This document shows positions 1 to 8,913 of a stretch of DNA of 44,779 nt, piece by piece (position 1 is the stretch's first letter; each line of letters begins with the position of its first letter). The DNA lies in sequence record SRR31156797_602; one strand, given 5' to 3'. The notes under the pieces are model-generated. The model was not told the origin of the DNA. It was given only the letters and a program-made list of their open reading frames with translations, and did not search any database. The position numbers were made by a program, and so were the translations under genes.

Positions 1-156
1 GTGACTGATGACCTGAATACGGGACTTTGCCGGATTAATGCAGGAGTATTTCGGTACGGAATGAAAGGCGGAGCATACAATTTCACAGCTCAGGCAGCCA
101 TTGCATTTATCCGCATCAACCTTGATGGTCTTGATTTTTTTCTTAGTCTTGGCCAT
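1..156 (-). CDS. bamC: Class II benzoyl-CoA reductase FeS subunit BamC, N-terminal part (runs off the window edge)
   Basis: Not in the ORF track. Manual translation from ATG at 156: MAKTKKKIKTIKVDADKCNGCLSCEIVCSAFHSVPKYSCINPAKSRIQVISH, with a CxxCxxCxxxC ferredoxin motif. It overlaps the bamB stop region. Confidence 0.85.
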   Translation of the reverse strand, partial: MAKTKKKIKTIKVDADKCNGCLSCEIVCSAFHSVPKYSCINPAKSRIQVISH

Positions 157-2113
157 TTTTTAAAAATCCTCTTCTTTCCAAATCTTCAGCGACATAATCC
201 AGATCCAGTTCATGCAATCTTTCTTTCGTGGGGATGCCTTCGGAATTCCATCCCTTGAATGCGTAATAGGTTGATAAAAGTTTTTCCTCCAGTTCGGGAA
301 ATCTCTTTCTCCAGTGGTCTTCGGGCGGCTTCTCATCCGCTCTCGTCAATCCCAATCGGATATTGTACGCTCTATGTAAATTACGGCTCCTGTTGGCTAT
401 TTTTTTCAGGCCGGCTTCATCCAGATCCATCCCGGTGGCCGCCGAGATTAATTTTGGATAATTGTGTATATGGTATGGAGGCTTCAGGCAAAATGACCCC
501 ATCCCGGCGCACAAACAAATGGCGTCATCAATGTTGTGCAACATCTCCATCCAATCCACGATTTCACAGCACATTTCAGGGGTCGGGTAATATGGATTTG
601 AATTTTCTCCGCGCGGTTCCCAATCCAGGAAATACTGTTTAAACTTTTCATGGGGAAGCTGGGGCCAGTCCTTTACAAAGGCTTCCCTATCCTCCCTTTT
701 GGGAAAAGGCGCCTGGGGCCAATTCCCTTCCATTTGGGTAATACTCACCTTCTCATTGGTGGCATACATGAGGAAATAAAGGGGATCCAGCATTCCCAGC
801 TTGATGTTCATCTGCTCATGTTTCTTGGTGGTATTATGGTCATATTTTTCGGCCCCATTGCCGATCTTTCGGGCCGCCCAATAAACGCCGTCGGCTAAGA
901 TATCTCCGATTCCCTCCCGCCGGGCAACCCGGTCAAGCAACCAGTAGAATCTCCCCTCTTTATCGGAGGGGCACCCTTCAAAGTCTTTGTCGGTCAGGAT
1001 ACCGGCTTCATGTAGTTCAACGGCGAATGCCAAAATTTGGGGGGTGGAGAAAGAGTCCACGCCGTACTCAAAAGCACGTTTGGCGATTTTAAAACCGAAA
1101 TCCAGGTCGTCCACATAAGCCGCCATTAAGTAGGTCAGTTTCGAAAAACATTTCATCATATATCTTGAAACGCCATCGGAGGAGATTAATGCCCCGCATT
1201 GCTGCGGACAGTTAAAACAGCTAATCAACCGCGTTATGGTACTTAACTGCGTTTTTTCCCAGCTTTCCGCGATTTCCTTGGTCCAGAAGTCCTTTCTCCG
1301 AACGCGGGCATTTCCCCAGGCAAAACTTTCCGTATGCCACTTCTCATCCGTGTGTTTCATCTCCGCTGGAGACCCGATCCCGGATAAAATGGTCATCACC
1401 CCCGGGAGGGGGTTTGTATTCCGGAATTTTATATATTCCGTTATCTCCTTCATGTGCTCCATGAATTCAGCCCCCCGGGCCAGATGAACACTTTTGGTTC
1501 CCCGGACCGCTATGGCCTTTATCTTTTTGTCTCCCATGACAGCGCCGCCGCCGCCTCTGCTGGCGCTGGACCTGGACTGCTCAATGGAAGCCACAAAGAC
1601 CCGGTTTTCACCGGCCAGGCCGATAGCGGCCACCTCGGCTTTGGGATCATTCAATTCCTCCCGGATAAGTTCTTGCGTTTCAACGGCGCCTTTTCCCTTC
1701 AAATGAGAGGCATCCCGTATTTCCACCTTGTCATTGTTGATCCACAAATATACCAGCTTCGGGGACTTGCCGCGAAGGATCACTTTGTCATAACCGGCAT
1801 ACTTCAATTCCGCCGACCAAAATCCCCCCATCATCGGATATGCCAATAATCCCGTTTGAGGGGAAATGAAGGTAACAATGGTACGGTTAACGCTGAAAGC
1901 GGGTGTGCCGATTAAAAGACCGGTGCTGAATATGAGTAGATTCTCAGGATCAAACGGTTTGGTTTCAGGGGGAACCCTGTCCCAGTGTATCTTGACGCTG
2001 GTACCCAGACCTCCCAAATGAAGTTCCATTAATTTCGGGTCGGTTTCCACCCGTTCAATGTTTCCCGTCGTTAAATCAATTTCCAAATTATATCCTGTTT
2101 CCGCGTATCTCAT
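143..2113 (-). CDS. bamB: Tungsten-containing class II benzoyl-CoA reductase catalytic subunit BamB (AOR family)
   Basis: 656 aa with BamB-typical segments MRYAETGY, DEKWHTE, WGNARxRRKDFW, CxNCPxxC, YMMKCF (W-ligand Cys) and LKPPYHIHNYP. RBS GGAGGG upstream; followed by bamC. Confidence 0.9.
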   Translation of the reverse strand: MRYAETGYNLEIDLTTGNIERVETDPKLMELHLGGLGTSVKIHWDRVPPETKPFDPENLLIFSTGLLIGTPAFSVNRTIVTFISPQTGLLAYPMMGGFWSAELKYAGYDKVILRGKSPKLVYLWINNDKVEIRDASHLKGKGAVETQELIREELNDPKAEVAAIGLAGENRVFVASIEQSRSSASRGGGGAVMGDKKIKAIAVRGTKSVHLARGAEFMEHMKEITEYIKFRNTNPLPGVMTILSGIGSPAEMKHTDEKWHTESFAWGNARVRRKDFWTKEIAESWEKTQLSTITRLISCFNCPQQCGALISSDGVSRYMMKCFSKLTYLMAAYVDDLDFGFKIAKRAFEYGVDSFSTPQILAFAVELHEAGILTDKDFEGCPSDKEGRFYWLLDRVARREGIGDILADGVYWAARKIGNGAEKYDHNTTKKHEQMNIKLGMLDPLYFLMYATNEKVSITQMEGNWPQAPFPKREDREAFVKDWPQLPHEKFKQYFLDWEPRGENSNPYYPTPEMCCEIVDWMEMLHNIDDAICLCAGMGSFCLKPPYHIHNYPKLISAATGMDLDEAGLKKIANRSRNLHRAYNIRLGLTRADEKPPEDHWRKRFPELEEKLLSTYYAFKGWNSEGIPTKERLHELDLDYVAEDLERRGFLKNGQD

Positions 2114-2211
2114 TATTTTCCCTCCGCGAACCTACGGAATATAGATCACGTAGAATCCATTTGCCTTTTTTGAGCCTGGAGAAACCCGAGCAAAACCCTA
2201 AAATGTTTTAA

Positions 2212-2250
2212 TATGCCAAAATTGGCATAACGAAACGCCAAAAAAAATCC
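2212..2250. repeat. Palindrome TATGCCA-N4-TGGCATA plus ACGAAACGCCAAAAAAAATCC, copy 1
   Basis: Near-identical copy at 2645-2682. Confidence 0.8.
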
Positions 2251-2509
2251 CTCCGGAAACAGATAATAGATGCCACTTGGCGCCTTATTTCCTGAAACGT
2301 TGTCACAGAGAACAGGAAATTCATTTCCGGAGAAACTTAAACCCTAAAACTGGGGCCTGCCGTTTTAGATTAGAAACCGCCTACACTCCTTGAAATGGTG
2401 GTAGAACAATTTTAAATCTTATAACAAAATGTTACATACCAATTCGGCCAGCACGTCAAGTCACCCAAGACCATCAAATGACCTACGACTCCCAGTGCGA
2501 TGTGATCAC

Positions 2510-2538
2510 AATCTAGCTATATCATAACTATGTGTCAA
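2510..2538 (-). promoter_or_regulatory. Sigma70-type promoter for bamBC
   Basis: Minus strand TTGACA-17 nt-TAGATT. A perfect palindrome TGTGATCACA (2501-2510) abuts the -10 box. Confidence 0.6.
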
Positions 2539-2644
2539 GAAAAAAATTGGCATTTCGTGAAGACCTTTTGTTTTTTCAGAAAAGAAATGTGGACCTTCCC
2601 AACAGCTTCAGAGATGAGAATAATGAACAAAGCCCAAGGTTCTC

Positions 2645-2682
2645 TATGCCATACATGACATAACGAAACGCCAAAAAAATCC
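2645..2682. repeat. Palindrome TATGCCA-N4-TGACATA plus ACGAAACGCCAAAAAAATCC, copy 2
   Basis: Direct repeat of 2212-2250. It also forms an imperfect inverted repeat with 2732-2757. Confidence 0.8.
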
Positions 2683-2774
2683 TTTCGGGAACCCTATAAC
2701 GATATCGGTTCTAATAATTGCTGTAGCGCATAGGAGCTTTTTGGGCGATGCGTTATGATTTATGGCCGAAATCC

Positions 2775-2996
2775 TTAAACCGCTGCTTGGGTTGCTTCAT
2801 ATTCCTGTTCATCAAGCACGGCTTTTTTCCGCTCTTCCCGCCCCATTTCCCAGATGATGCATTGGGTCCTGAACTTGCAGTAGATGGACGGATCAGCGCA
2901 GGAGACACCGTCATCAAGACATTCACCGCAGTAACCGGTCTGGTGTTTCTGGCAGGGGATGACCGCGTCGCGATCCGGATGGTTTTTACAATGCAT
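2775..2996 (-). CDS. Small Cys/His-rich protein, B-box-like zinc finger
   Basis: 73 aa with C-x2-H-x7-C-x2-H-x4-C-x2-C plus three more Cys. RBS AAGGAG; 13 nt after the upstream gene. Confidence 0.7.
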   Translation of the reverse strand: MHCKNHPDRDAVIPCQKHQTGYCGECLDDGVSCADPSIYCKFRTQCIIWEMGREERKKAVLDEQEYEATQAAV

Positions 2997-3009
2997 GACG
3001 TCTCCTTGG

Positions 3010-3510
3010 TTATGCCGAATCGATCCGGTAACGGTCCGCTTCCACCAACCAACCCCGTTTCATCAAAACCAGCACAAGGGCCGTAAAGAGATACACCACG
3101 GCAAACCCCAGGTGAGAGATATCAATAAAGGCTGTAAATGCCGGCGAAAAAAGCACGTCCGGCATATTCTTGAAGACCCTCAAAATACCAGTAACGACAA
3201 TGCCCAGCATCAGGATAATACGCAGGTAGGCCGAAGGGGTCAGCTGAAAATGTTTTTTTCCGGTGAGAATGTAATCCAGAATGAAATAGGAAAATAGGCC
3301 CAGCAATACACTGGCCCCCAGGTAATGCAGGAAATGGGTTGCGTAAAAATCCGCTGACCAGGACATGCCCGGGATATCGGAGATATAATAGCGTTTAAAG
3401 ATGGGCATCTGGCCGAATCCCGTAAATGCCGTCAAAACCATGGCCAGGATGAAGACGCGACGTAGCGCTCTGCTCCCCCCTGCCAGCCCTGCTGATTTTG
3501 AAGTTTTCAT
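3010..3510 (-). CDS. Four-helix membrane subunit, cytochrome b-like (FdnI-type), partner of the upstream FeS protein
   Basis: 166 aa, four hydrophobic segments, TGFGQMPIFKRY motif, His in THFLHY and ISHLG. RBS GGAGG. Confidence 0.65.
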   Translation of the reverse strand: MKTSKSAGLAGGSRALRRVFILAMVLTAFTGFGQMPIFKRYYISDIPGMSWSADFYATHFLHYLGASVLLGLFSYFILDYILTGKKHFQLTPSAYLRIILMLGIVVTGILRVFKNMPDVLFSPAFTAFIDISHLGFAVVYLFTALVLVLMKRGWLVEADRYRIDSA

Positions 3511-3513
3511 GAT

Positions 3514-4488
3514 CTATTTTTCCTCCAATCCCATGCTCTTTTTAGCACCTACAAAGAATTTTGCTGCCGCTGCTGCAATGCCGGCCACAGGGGCTATGAT
3601 CATTGCCTTTGCCAGGTTATCCGCCTGCGCCATTGAATCTTTCTTCGGCTTTAAATTCGGTCTTCCCGGCCCCTTTTCAATGGCCCTGTTCAGCTCTTCA
3701 AAGGGCACGGGGGAAACATAGATGGTATTGGTACCGCCATTTTCCTTTTCACCGTAAATATACCCGCCGATTTCCTTTTCAATGAGATGGGCCTCTTTTA
3801 AGATTTCATCCCTGGGACCGATTTTCTGCACATCCTCGGGGCATGCATCGATGCAGGCGGGCAGTTTTCCTTTCGAAATCCGGTTGTAGCACCGGTCGCA
3901 CTTGTACATGACGCCATTCCCCGCAAAGGCGGGTAGCAGATCCAGATACAACCCGACACCGGTCTGGCGCTGGGGAATATGCCAGGGGCAGACGCTCTTG
4001 CACTTGGAACCGCCCAGACAGAAATCGGAGTTGATCCTCGTTATACCGTTTTTCAATTTGTATGCGGCCCCCCAGGGACAAAGGTCCGCGCAGGGTGGGT
4101 TTTGGCAGTGCATACAGCGCCTTGGAATGGTAAGGGTCTCCTCCTTTCCATTCACCGTAACGGTTGCTTCCTGGATAAAGAGCCAGTTGTAAGGGGTAAG
4201 CCGGTCGCTCACATCCCTTTTATCGGACCAGTCGGAGACCTTCACCCGACTGGGGTACATCTTTGGAAAAGGTTTTTCGGGTTCGGGGAACTTGGGTTTG
4301 TTAACGTCCTTGCAGGCCTCCACGCAGGCTTCACAGCCGATGCATTTCCGCACATCAATGAGGGTTGCCAACTCCTCCACCGAAGATGCCTTGACAGATG
4401 CCGGCACCGGCAAAGACGATGCCACAGCCGCCCCAGCAACCGCAAGACCGCCCTTTATAAATGATCTTCTGGAAATTTTTCCATCCAT
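3514..4488 (-). CDS. Tat-exported multi-[4Fe-4S] electron-transfer protein (HybA/FdnH/NrfC-like)
   Basis: SRRSFIK twin-arginine signal; CIGCEACVEAC, CMHCQNPPCADLCP, CLGGSKCKSVCP, KCDRC...PACIDACP; C-terminal hydrophobic anchor. Confidence 0.85.
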   Translation of the reverse strand: MDGKISRRSFIKGGLAVAGAAVASSLPVPASVKASSVEELATLIDVRKCIGCEACVEACKDVNKPKFPEPEKPFPKMYPSRVKVSDWSDKRDVSDRLTPYNWLFIQEATVTVNGKEETLTIPRRCMHCQNPPCADLCPWGAAYKLKNGITRINSDFCLGGSKCKSVCPWHIPQRQTGVGLYLDLLPAFAGNGVMYKCDRCYNRISKGKLPACIDACPEDVQKIGPRDEILKEAHLIEKEIGGYIYGEKENGGTNTIYVSPVPFEELNRAIEKGPGRPNLKPKKDSMAQADNLAKAMIIAPVAGIAAAAAKFFVGAKKSMGLEEK

Positions 4489-4610
4489 CTTTCTATTACC
4501 TCACAACCATTTGACGACCCGTCTGATTTATACGGATGCTTAAAAGGATATAATGTTTTTATTGTTCCTTTGCACACTATAGAGTCGGCAGGTTGAAATC
4601 GGTTACAACT

Positions 4611-5210
4611 TCATGGAAAAGACTTGAGAGCACCACATTGTACCAGGGCTTCTATTAAAGCACACATGGGAAGACCCACCACATTGGTGTAAGAACCGGA
4701 AATGGCTTCCACCATGAATGCGCCAACCCCTTGTATGGCATATGCACCGGCCTTCCCAAAGGGCTCTCGGGTCCTGATGTATCCGGCAATATCTTCTTCG
4801 CTGAGGGGTTTGAACCGGACTTTCGTGATCACGGACTCGGAATGGGCAATCATACCCACCGGATTGAGAACACAGAAACCCGTGATGACCCGATGCTCTT
4901 TTCCGCTTAAAAAAGAAAGCATCCTTTGAGCATCTTCACTGTTTTCAGGTTTTCCCAGCACCCTGCCCTCGATCACCACGATGGTGTCCGCCCCCAGAAT
5001 CCAGAAATCCCTTTCCCGGGAACCGACCTCTCTTGCTTTTAAAGCAGCCAGATTCCGGCAAAACGCCTCAGGGCTTTCAACATGAGCATCTTCATTCACC
5101 CGGCTTACCACCACCCGGTGGGGAATTCCCATCCGGGCCAGCAGTCTTTTCCTTCTGGGAGAGGCGGAAGCCAGAACCAGCGGATGCTTTTCATCAATGG
5201 GGGTCATCAT
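4611..5210 (-). CDS. maf: Maf-family nucleoside triphosphate pyrophosphatase (YhdE-like)
   Basis: LASASPRR, GADTIV, LGKP, KAGAYAIQG and NVVGLP motifs. Confidence 0.95.
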   Translation of the reverse strand: MMTPIDEKHPLVLASASPRRKRLLARMGIPHRVVVSRVNEDAHVESPEAFCRNLAALKAREVGSRERDFWILGADTIVVIEGRVLGKPENSEDAQRMLSFLSGKEHRVITGFCVLNPVGMIAHSESVITKVRFKPLSEEDIAGYIRTREPFGKAGAYAIQGVGAFMVEAISGSYTNVVGLPMCALIEALVQCGALKSFP

Positions 5211-5985
5211 ATTTTACAAGGGGCAGATTGAATAGTGTCCCGGCGTTTCGGGCAGTCTGTTCAGCTACGGTATCAAAGGGAATGTCTCTCAATTTGGCAA
5301 TTTCCCGGACCGTGTGGGTTACAAAACCGGGCTCATTTCTTTTTCCCCGCCTGGGTACGGGAGCCAAAAAAGGCGCATCGGTTTCCACCAGCATTCGATC
5401 CAGAGGGATTTCGGCGGCCACCTCTTTAATTTGAACCGCTTTTTTGTAGGTTACGGTACCGGGTATTGAGATGTAATACCCCAGGGCGATAAACGCCTCG
5501 GCCAGATCCCTGTCTCCTGAAAAACAGTGAATAACCCCCTTTCGTTCCCCTTTCCCCATTTTTTCCAAAGTAGCGTAAACCTCCCCGTGGGCATCCCGGT
5601 CATGGATGATGACCGGCAATTCTGCCGCTTGTGCCAACTCAAGCTGCACCTGAAAAATCTTTCGCTGGTTTTCTTTTTCCGAATAGTTTCGATAGTAGTC
5701 CAGACCAATCTCCCCCCAGGCCACTACTTCCGGTTCGGCGGCCATGTGGGACAGTAGCTTAAGATCCTCAGCTCCGCACTCATCCGCGTCATGGGGATGA
5801 CATCCCACCGTAGCGGAAATAAACGCGTGTTGACGGGCCAGGGCAATTGCGGATCGGGAACTCTTCACATCAATCCCGATGGAGATCATATGAACAATAC
5901 CTTCCTTTCGGGCCCGCCCAATGACCTCATCCCTGTCTTCGTTGAAGTTCTTCATATCCAGGTGACAGTGGCTGTCAATTAACAT
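5194..5985 (-). CDS. tatD: TatD-family metal-dependent DNase
   Basis: DSHCHL, GEIGLDY, IHDRDA, HCFSG and ETDAPFLAP motifs. Confidence 0.95.
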   Translation of the reverse strand: MLIDSHCHLDMKNFNEDRDEVIGRARKEGIVHMISIGIDVKSSRSAIALARQHAFISATVGCHPHDADECGAEDLKLLSHMAAEPEVVAWGEIGLDYYRNYSEKENQRKIFQVQLELAQAAELPVIIHDRDAHGEVYATLEKMGKGERKGVIHCFSGDRDLAEAFIALGYYISIPGTVTYKKAVQIKEVAAEIPLDRMLVETDAPFLAPVPRRGKRNEPGFVTHTVREIAKLRDIPFDTVAEQTARNAGTLFNLPLVKYDDPH

Positions 5986-6022
5986 GGTTCATCCTCTTCT
6001 TCTTTGTATTCTGATGGGCGTT

Positions 6023-6051
6023 TTTATAATGGATCAACAACGGTTTATCAA
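6023..6051 (-). promoter_or_regulatory. Sigma70-type promoter for tatD-maf
   Basis: Minus strand TTGATA-17 nt-TATAAA. Confidence 0.5.
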
Positions 6052-6072
6052 TGGCTAATCCTTTCTTTATTC

Positions 6073-6100
6073 TTGACTCCATGGTTCATTGATCTATACT
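6073..6100 (+). promoter_or_regulatory. Sigma70-type promoter for the GAF-PilB gene
   Basis: TTGACT-16 nt-TATACT. Confidence 0.5.
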
Positions 6101-6137
6101 TTCCCCATAAAAAGCAACGATTATAAGGATTTTGGAA

Positions 6138-8426
6138 ATGAACCCTCAAAAAAAGAGCCTTGAGGAACAACTCAATTACCAGAAAAAGTTGAATGACATT
6201 ACCAATAAGATCCATTCAGCCAAGGACACCAATGATATCCTCCTGAAACTGCACGAAAATCTTCTGAATTTTTTTAATGCGGACCGATTGACCATTTATG
6301 TGGTGGATACCGCCAAAAGAGAAATCTATTCAAAAATTAAAACCGGTAATGAGCCCATTGAGATCCGCGTACCCATCAGTAAAAAGAGCCTTGCCGGCTA
6401 CTGCGCGGCCACAGGAAAACTCCTGAACATAAAAGACGTTCGCAATTCCCATGAGTTGCAGTGCATTGATCCCGGCCTGACATTTGACCTCACCTGGGAC
6501 AGGAAAACCGGTTACTGCACAAAGCAAATGCTGGTGGTACCGGTTGTTTATGATCGCTACCTGTTGGGCATCATTCAACTGATCAACAAAAAGACCGGGG
6601 AATGCTTCAACCAGGCGGACCAGTCTGCCGTACTGGACATATCAAAAGTGCTGGGCATTGCCATTTTTAAAAACCAGAAAGTAGCCCAGGGCACCAGGAC
6701 CACAAAATTTCAATTGATCATTTCCAAAGGCATTTTGAACCAGGAAGACATCAACGAAGCCTTTGCACGGGCCAGAAAGACCGGGAGAAGTCCCGAAGCA
6801 ATTTTAATGTCTGATTTTAAGATCTCCAAGGACATTATCGCCGATTCATTGTCGGAGCACTACAAAACCCGCTTCATTCCCTTCGACGACAACATGGCCA
6901 TTCCGGGGGAACTGCTCAAGGACTTCAAAGCCGGTTTTTTCAAAACCCATGTTTTTGTCCCCATCAGTGAAGAGGACGGAAAAATTGCCGTTGCCATGGA
7001 AAACCCCGATTATCTCCCGGCAAGGGATGTCATCAGACGGATCATGCAAAAGAAAGAGCTGGAGTATTGCGTCTCTACCCGGGAAGATATTTTTAATATG
7101 ATTGATCATTTCTTTGTGGGGAGCGGCAAGGAAATCATTGCGGATTCGGGCAGCATCGAAGACATTTTAGGCCAATTGAAATCCGAAGACGACGACGAAC
7201 CCGAGGAAAACGAGGGGGTGGCCGAGGACGACCGTGCCATCGTTCAGCTGATCAACAAAACGATTATCGACGCCTATGCCCGAAAGGCTTCCGACATTCA
7301 CGTGGAACCCCGCCCGGGAAGAAACAACACCGTGATCCGATTCCGGATCGACGGCTCCTGCCAAGTATACCAGACCATTCCATACACCTTTAAACGGGCC
7401 ATTATCTCCCGCCTCAAAATCATGAGCGACCTGGACATATCCGAAAGGCGGAAGCCCCAGGACGGCAAAATCAAATTCAGAAAATTCGCCCCCCTGGACA
7501 TTGAACTTCGTGTGGCCACCATTCCCACCGCCGGGAACAACGAAGATGTTGTCCTCCGGATACTGACCGCCGGCAAACCGCTTTCCCTGGACAAGATGGG
7601 GATGAGCGACCAGAGCTATCAATCTTTTGTAGAGATGATTTCCCAGCCCTACGGCATCGTGCTGGTGGTGGGGCCCACGGGAAGCGGTAAAACCACCACC
7701 CTCCACGCGGCCATGGCCCACATCAACAGACCCGAAACCAAGATCTGGACCGCCGAGGACCCCGTGGAAATCACCCAGGAAGGCCTTCGCCAGGTTCAGG
7801 TCATCCCCAAAATCGGATTCGATTTTGCAGCCGCCATGCGGGCCTTTCTAAGGGCGGACCCGGATGTGATCATGGTGGGGGAAATGCGCGACAAGGAAAC
7901 CGTTTCAATGGGGATCGAAGCATCGCTCACCGGCCACCTGGTCCTGACAACCCTTCACACCAACAGTGCGCCGGAAACCATCACCCGGCTTCTGGACATG
8001 GGCATGGACCCCTTTAACTTCGCCGACGCCCTGCTGGGCGTTCTGGCCCAGCGGCTGGTCAGAACCCTTTGCAAGGACTGCAAGGAAGCCTATCATCCCG
8101 AAAAAAGAGAATTTGACGTCCTGGTTCGATCCTATGACGGCGATTTCAGCCAGCTTGGATTTTCCCATGACGACACTTTTGTTCTGTACAAACCAAAGGG
8201 TTGCTCAAAATGCGGCCACACCGGCTATGCGGGCAGAACGGCCATCCATGAGCTTCTGGTGGGCACGGATGAAATCAAAACCATGGTTCAGAACCGTTCA
8301 AAAATAAAGGATCTCAAAAACCAGGCCATAAAGGACGGCATGACGACCCTCATGCAAGAGGGCATCCGGAAAATCTGCATGGGTCTGACGGATCTTTCGC
8401 AGGTGCGGCGGGTGTGCATGCAGTAG
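6138..8426 (+). CDS. GspE/PilB-family secretion or pilus ATPase with N-terminal GAF domain
   Basis: GAF (NADRLTIY...DRKTGY...GIIQLINK), ASDIHVEP, Walker A GPTGSGKT, RADPDVIMVGEMRD, TGHLVLTTLHTN, and Zn-binding CKDC/CSKC. ATG 6138 follows RBS AAGGA. Confidence 0.9.
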   Translation: MNPQKKSLEEQLNYQKKLNDITNKIHSAKDTNDILLKLHENLLNFFNADRLTIYVVDTAKREIYSKIKTGNEPIEIRVPISKKSLAGYCAATGKLLNIKDVRNSHELQCIDPGLTFDLTWDRKTGYCTKQMLVVPVVYDRYLLGIIQLINKKTGECFNQADQSAVLDISKVLGIAIFKNQKVAQGTRTTKFQLIISKGILNQEDINEAFARARKTGRSPEAILMSDFKISKDIIADSLSEHYKTRFIPFDDNMAIPGELLKDFKAGFFKTHVFVPISEEDGKIAVAMENPDYLPARDVIRRIMQKKELEYCVSTREDIFNMIDHFFVGSGKEIIADSGSIEDILGQLKSEDDDEPEENEGVAEDDRAIVQLINKTIIDAYARKASDIHVEPRPGRNNTVIRFRIDGSCQVYQTIPYTFKRAIISRLKIMSDLDISERRKPQDGKIKFRKFAPLDIELRVATIPTAGNNEDVVLRILTAGKPLSLDKMGMSDQSYQSFVEMISQPYGIVLVVGPTGSGKTTTLHAAMAHINRPETKIWTAEDPVEITQEGLRQVQVIPKIGFDFAAAMRAFLRADPDVIMVGEMRDKETVSMGIEASLTGHLVLTTLHTNSAPETITRLLDMGMDPFNFADALLGVLAQRLVRTLCKDCKEAYHPEKREFDVLVRSYDGDFSQLGFSHDDTFVLYKPKGCSKCGHTGYAGRTAIHELLVGTDEIKTMVQNRSKIKDLKNQAIKDGMTTLMQEGIRKICMGLTDLSQVRRVCMQ

Positions 8427-8658
8427 ATATAACGATAGAATCATTATGAATATTATCTCACTGTAGAGGTTAATCCCGTTAGAACTTGGAAAAGTCCAAC
8501 TTTATCATCTCCTAAACCCTCAGGGCAATAAGGGGGTCTTATCGACCCCTGAACATGAAATCTGAAAAACTCACATAAACAGTATTTTTCCAGAGCATCA
8601 AATCACTTCACCCGGATTCCGGAAAGAAAACACATTGTCGAACACGGGAGATGTTTCA

Positions 8659-8913
8659 ATGATTGATGAAAAATCAAAAACCAGCCGATTTGTAGGTCTC
8701 TTTCTTTTGGGCAATTTCCTATTTTCTTATCCGGTGTTGACGCTGTTTAATATAAAAGCCGTATTCTTAGGCATCCCCATATTCTTTTTCTTTATGTTCT
8801 CAGCCTGGCTTGTGCTCATCGGCCTGATGATCATCTGTGCGGAAAGCAACCCGAAAATTAATCTGGATAAATCCAAATCAACCAAAAAACGGGATCGATT
8901 CAAAAAATCATGA
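8659..8913 (+). CDS. Small two-helix membrane protein preceding the SLC5-kinase
   Basis: Two hydrophobic segments (FLFSYP...GIPIFFFFMFSAW); ATGA overlap with the kinase start; RBS GGGAG. Confidence 0.7.
   Translation: MIDEKSKTSRFVGLFLLGNFLFSYPVLTLFNIKAVFLGIPIFFFFMFSAWLVLIGLMIICAESNPKINLDKSKSTKKRDRFKKS

Noticed and set aside
2225-2240. Sigma54 promoter in the bamB repeat (TGGC...TGC)
   Set aside because: GG-to-GC spacing is 11 nt rather than the required 10.
8483-8550. Short palindromes between the PilB-like gene and the kinase operon
   Set aside because: Arms of only 5-7 bp, not repeated elsewhere in the window; cannot be assigned.
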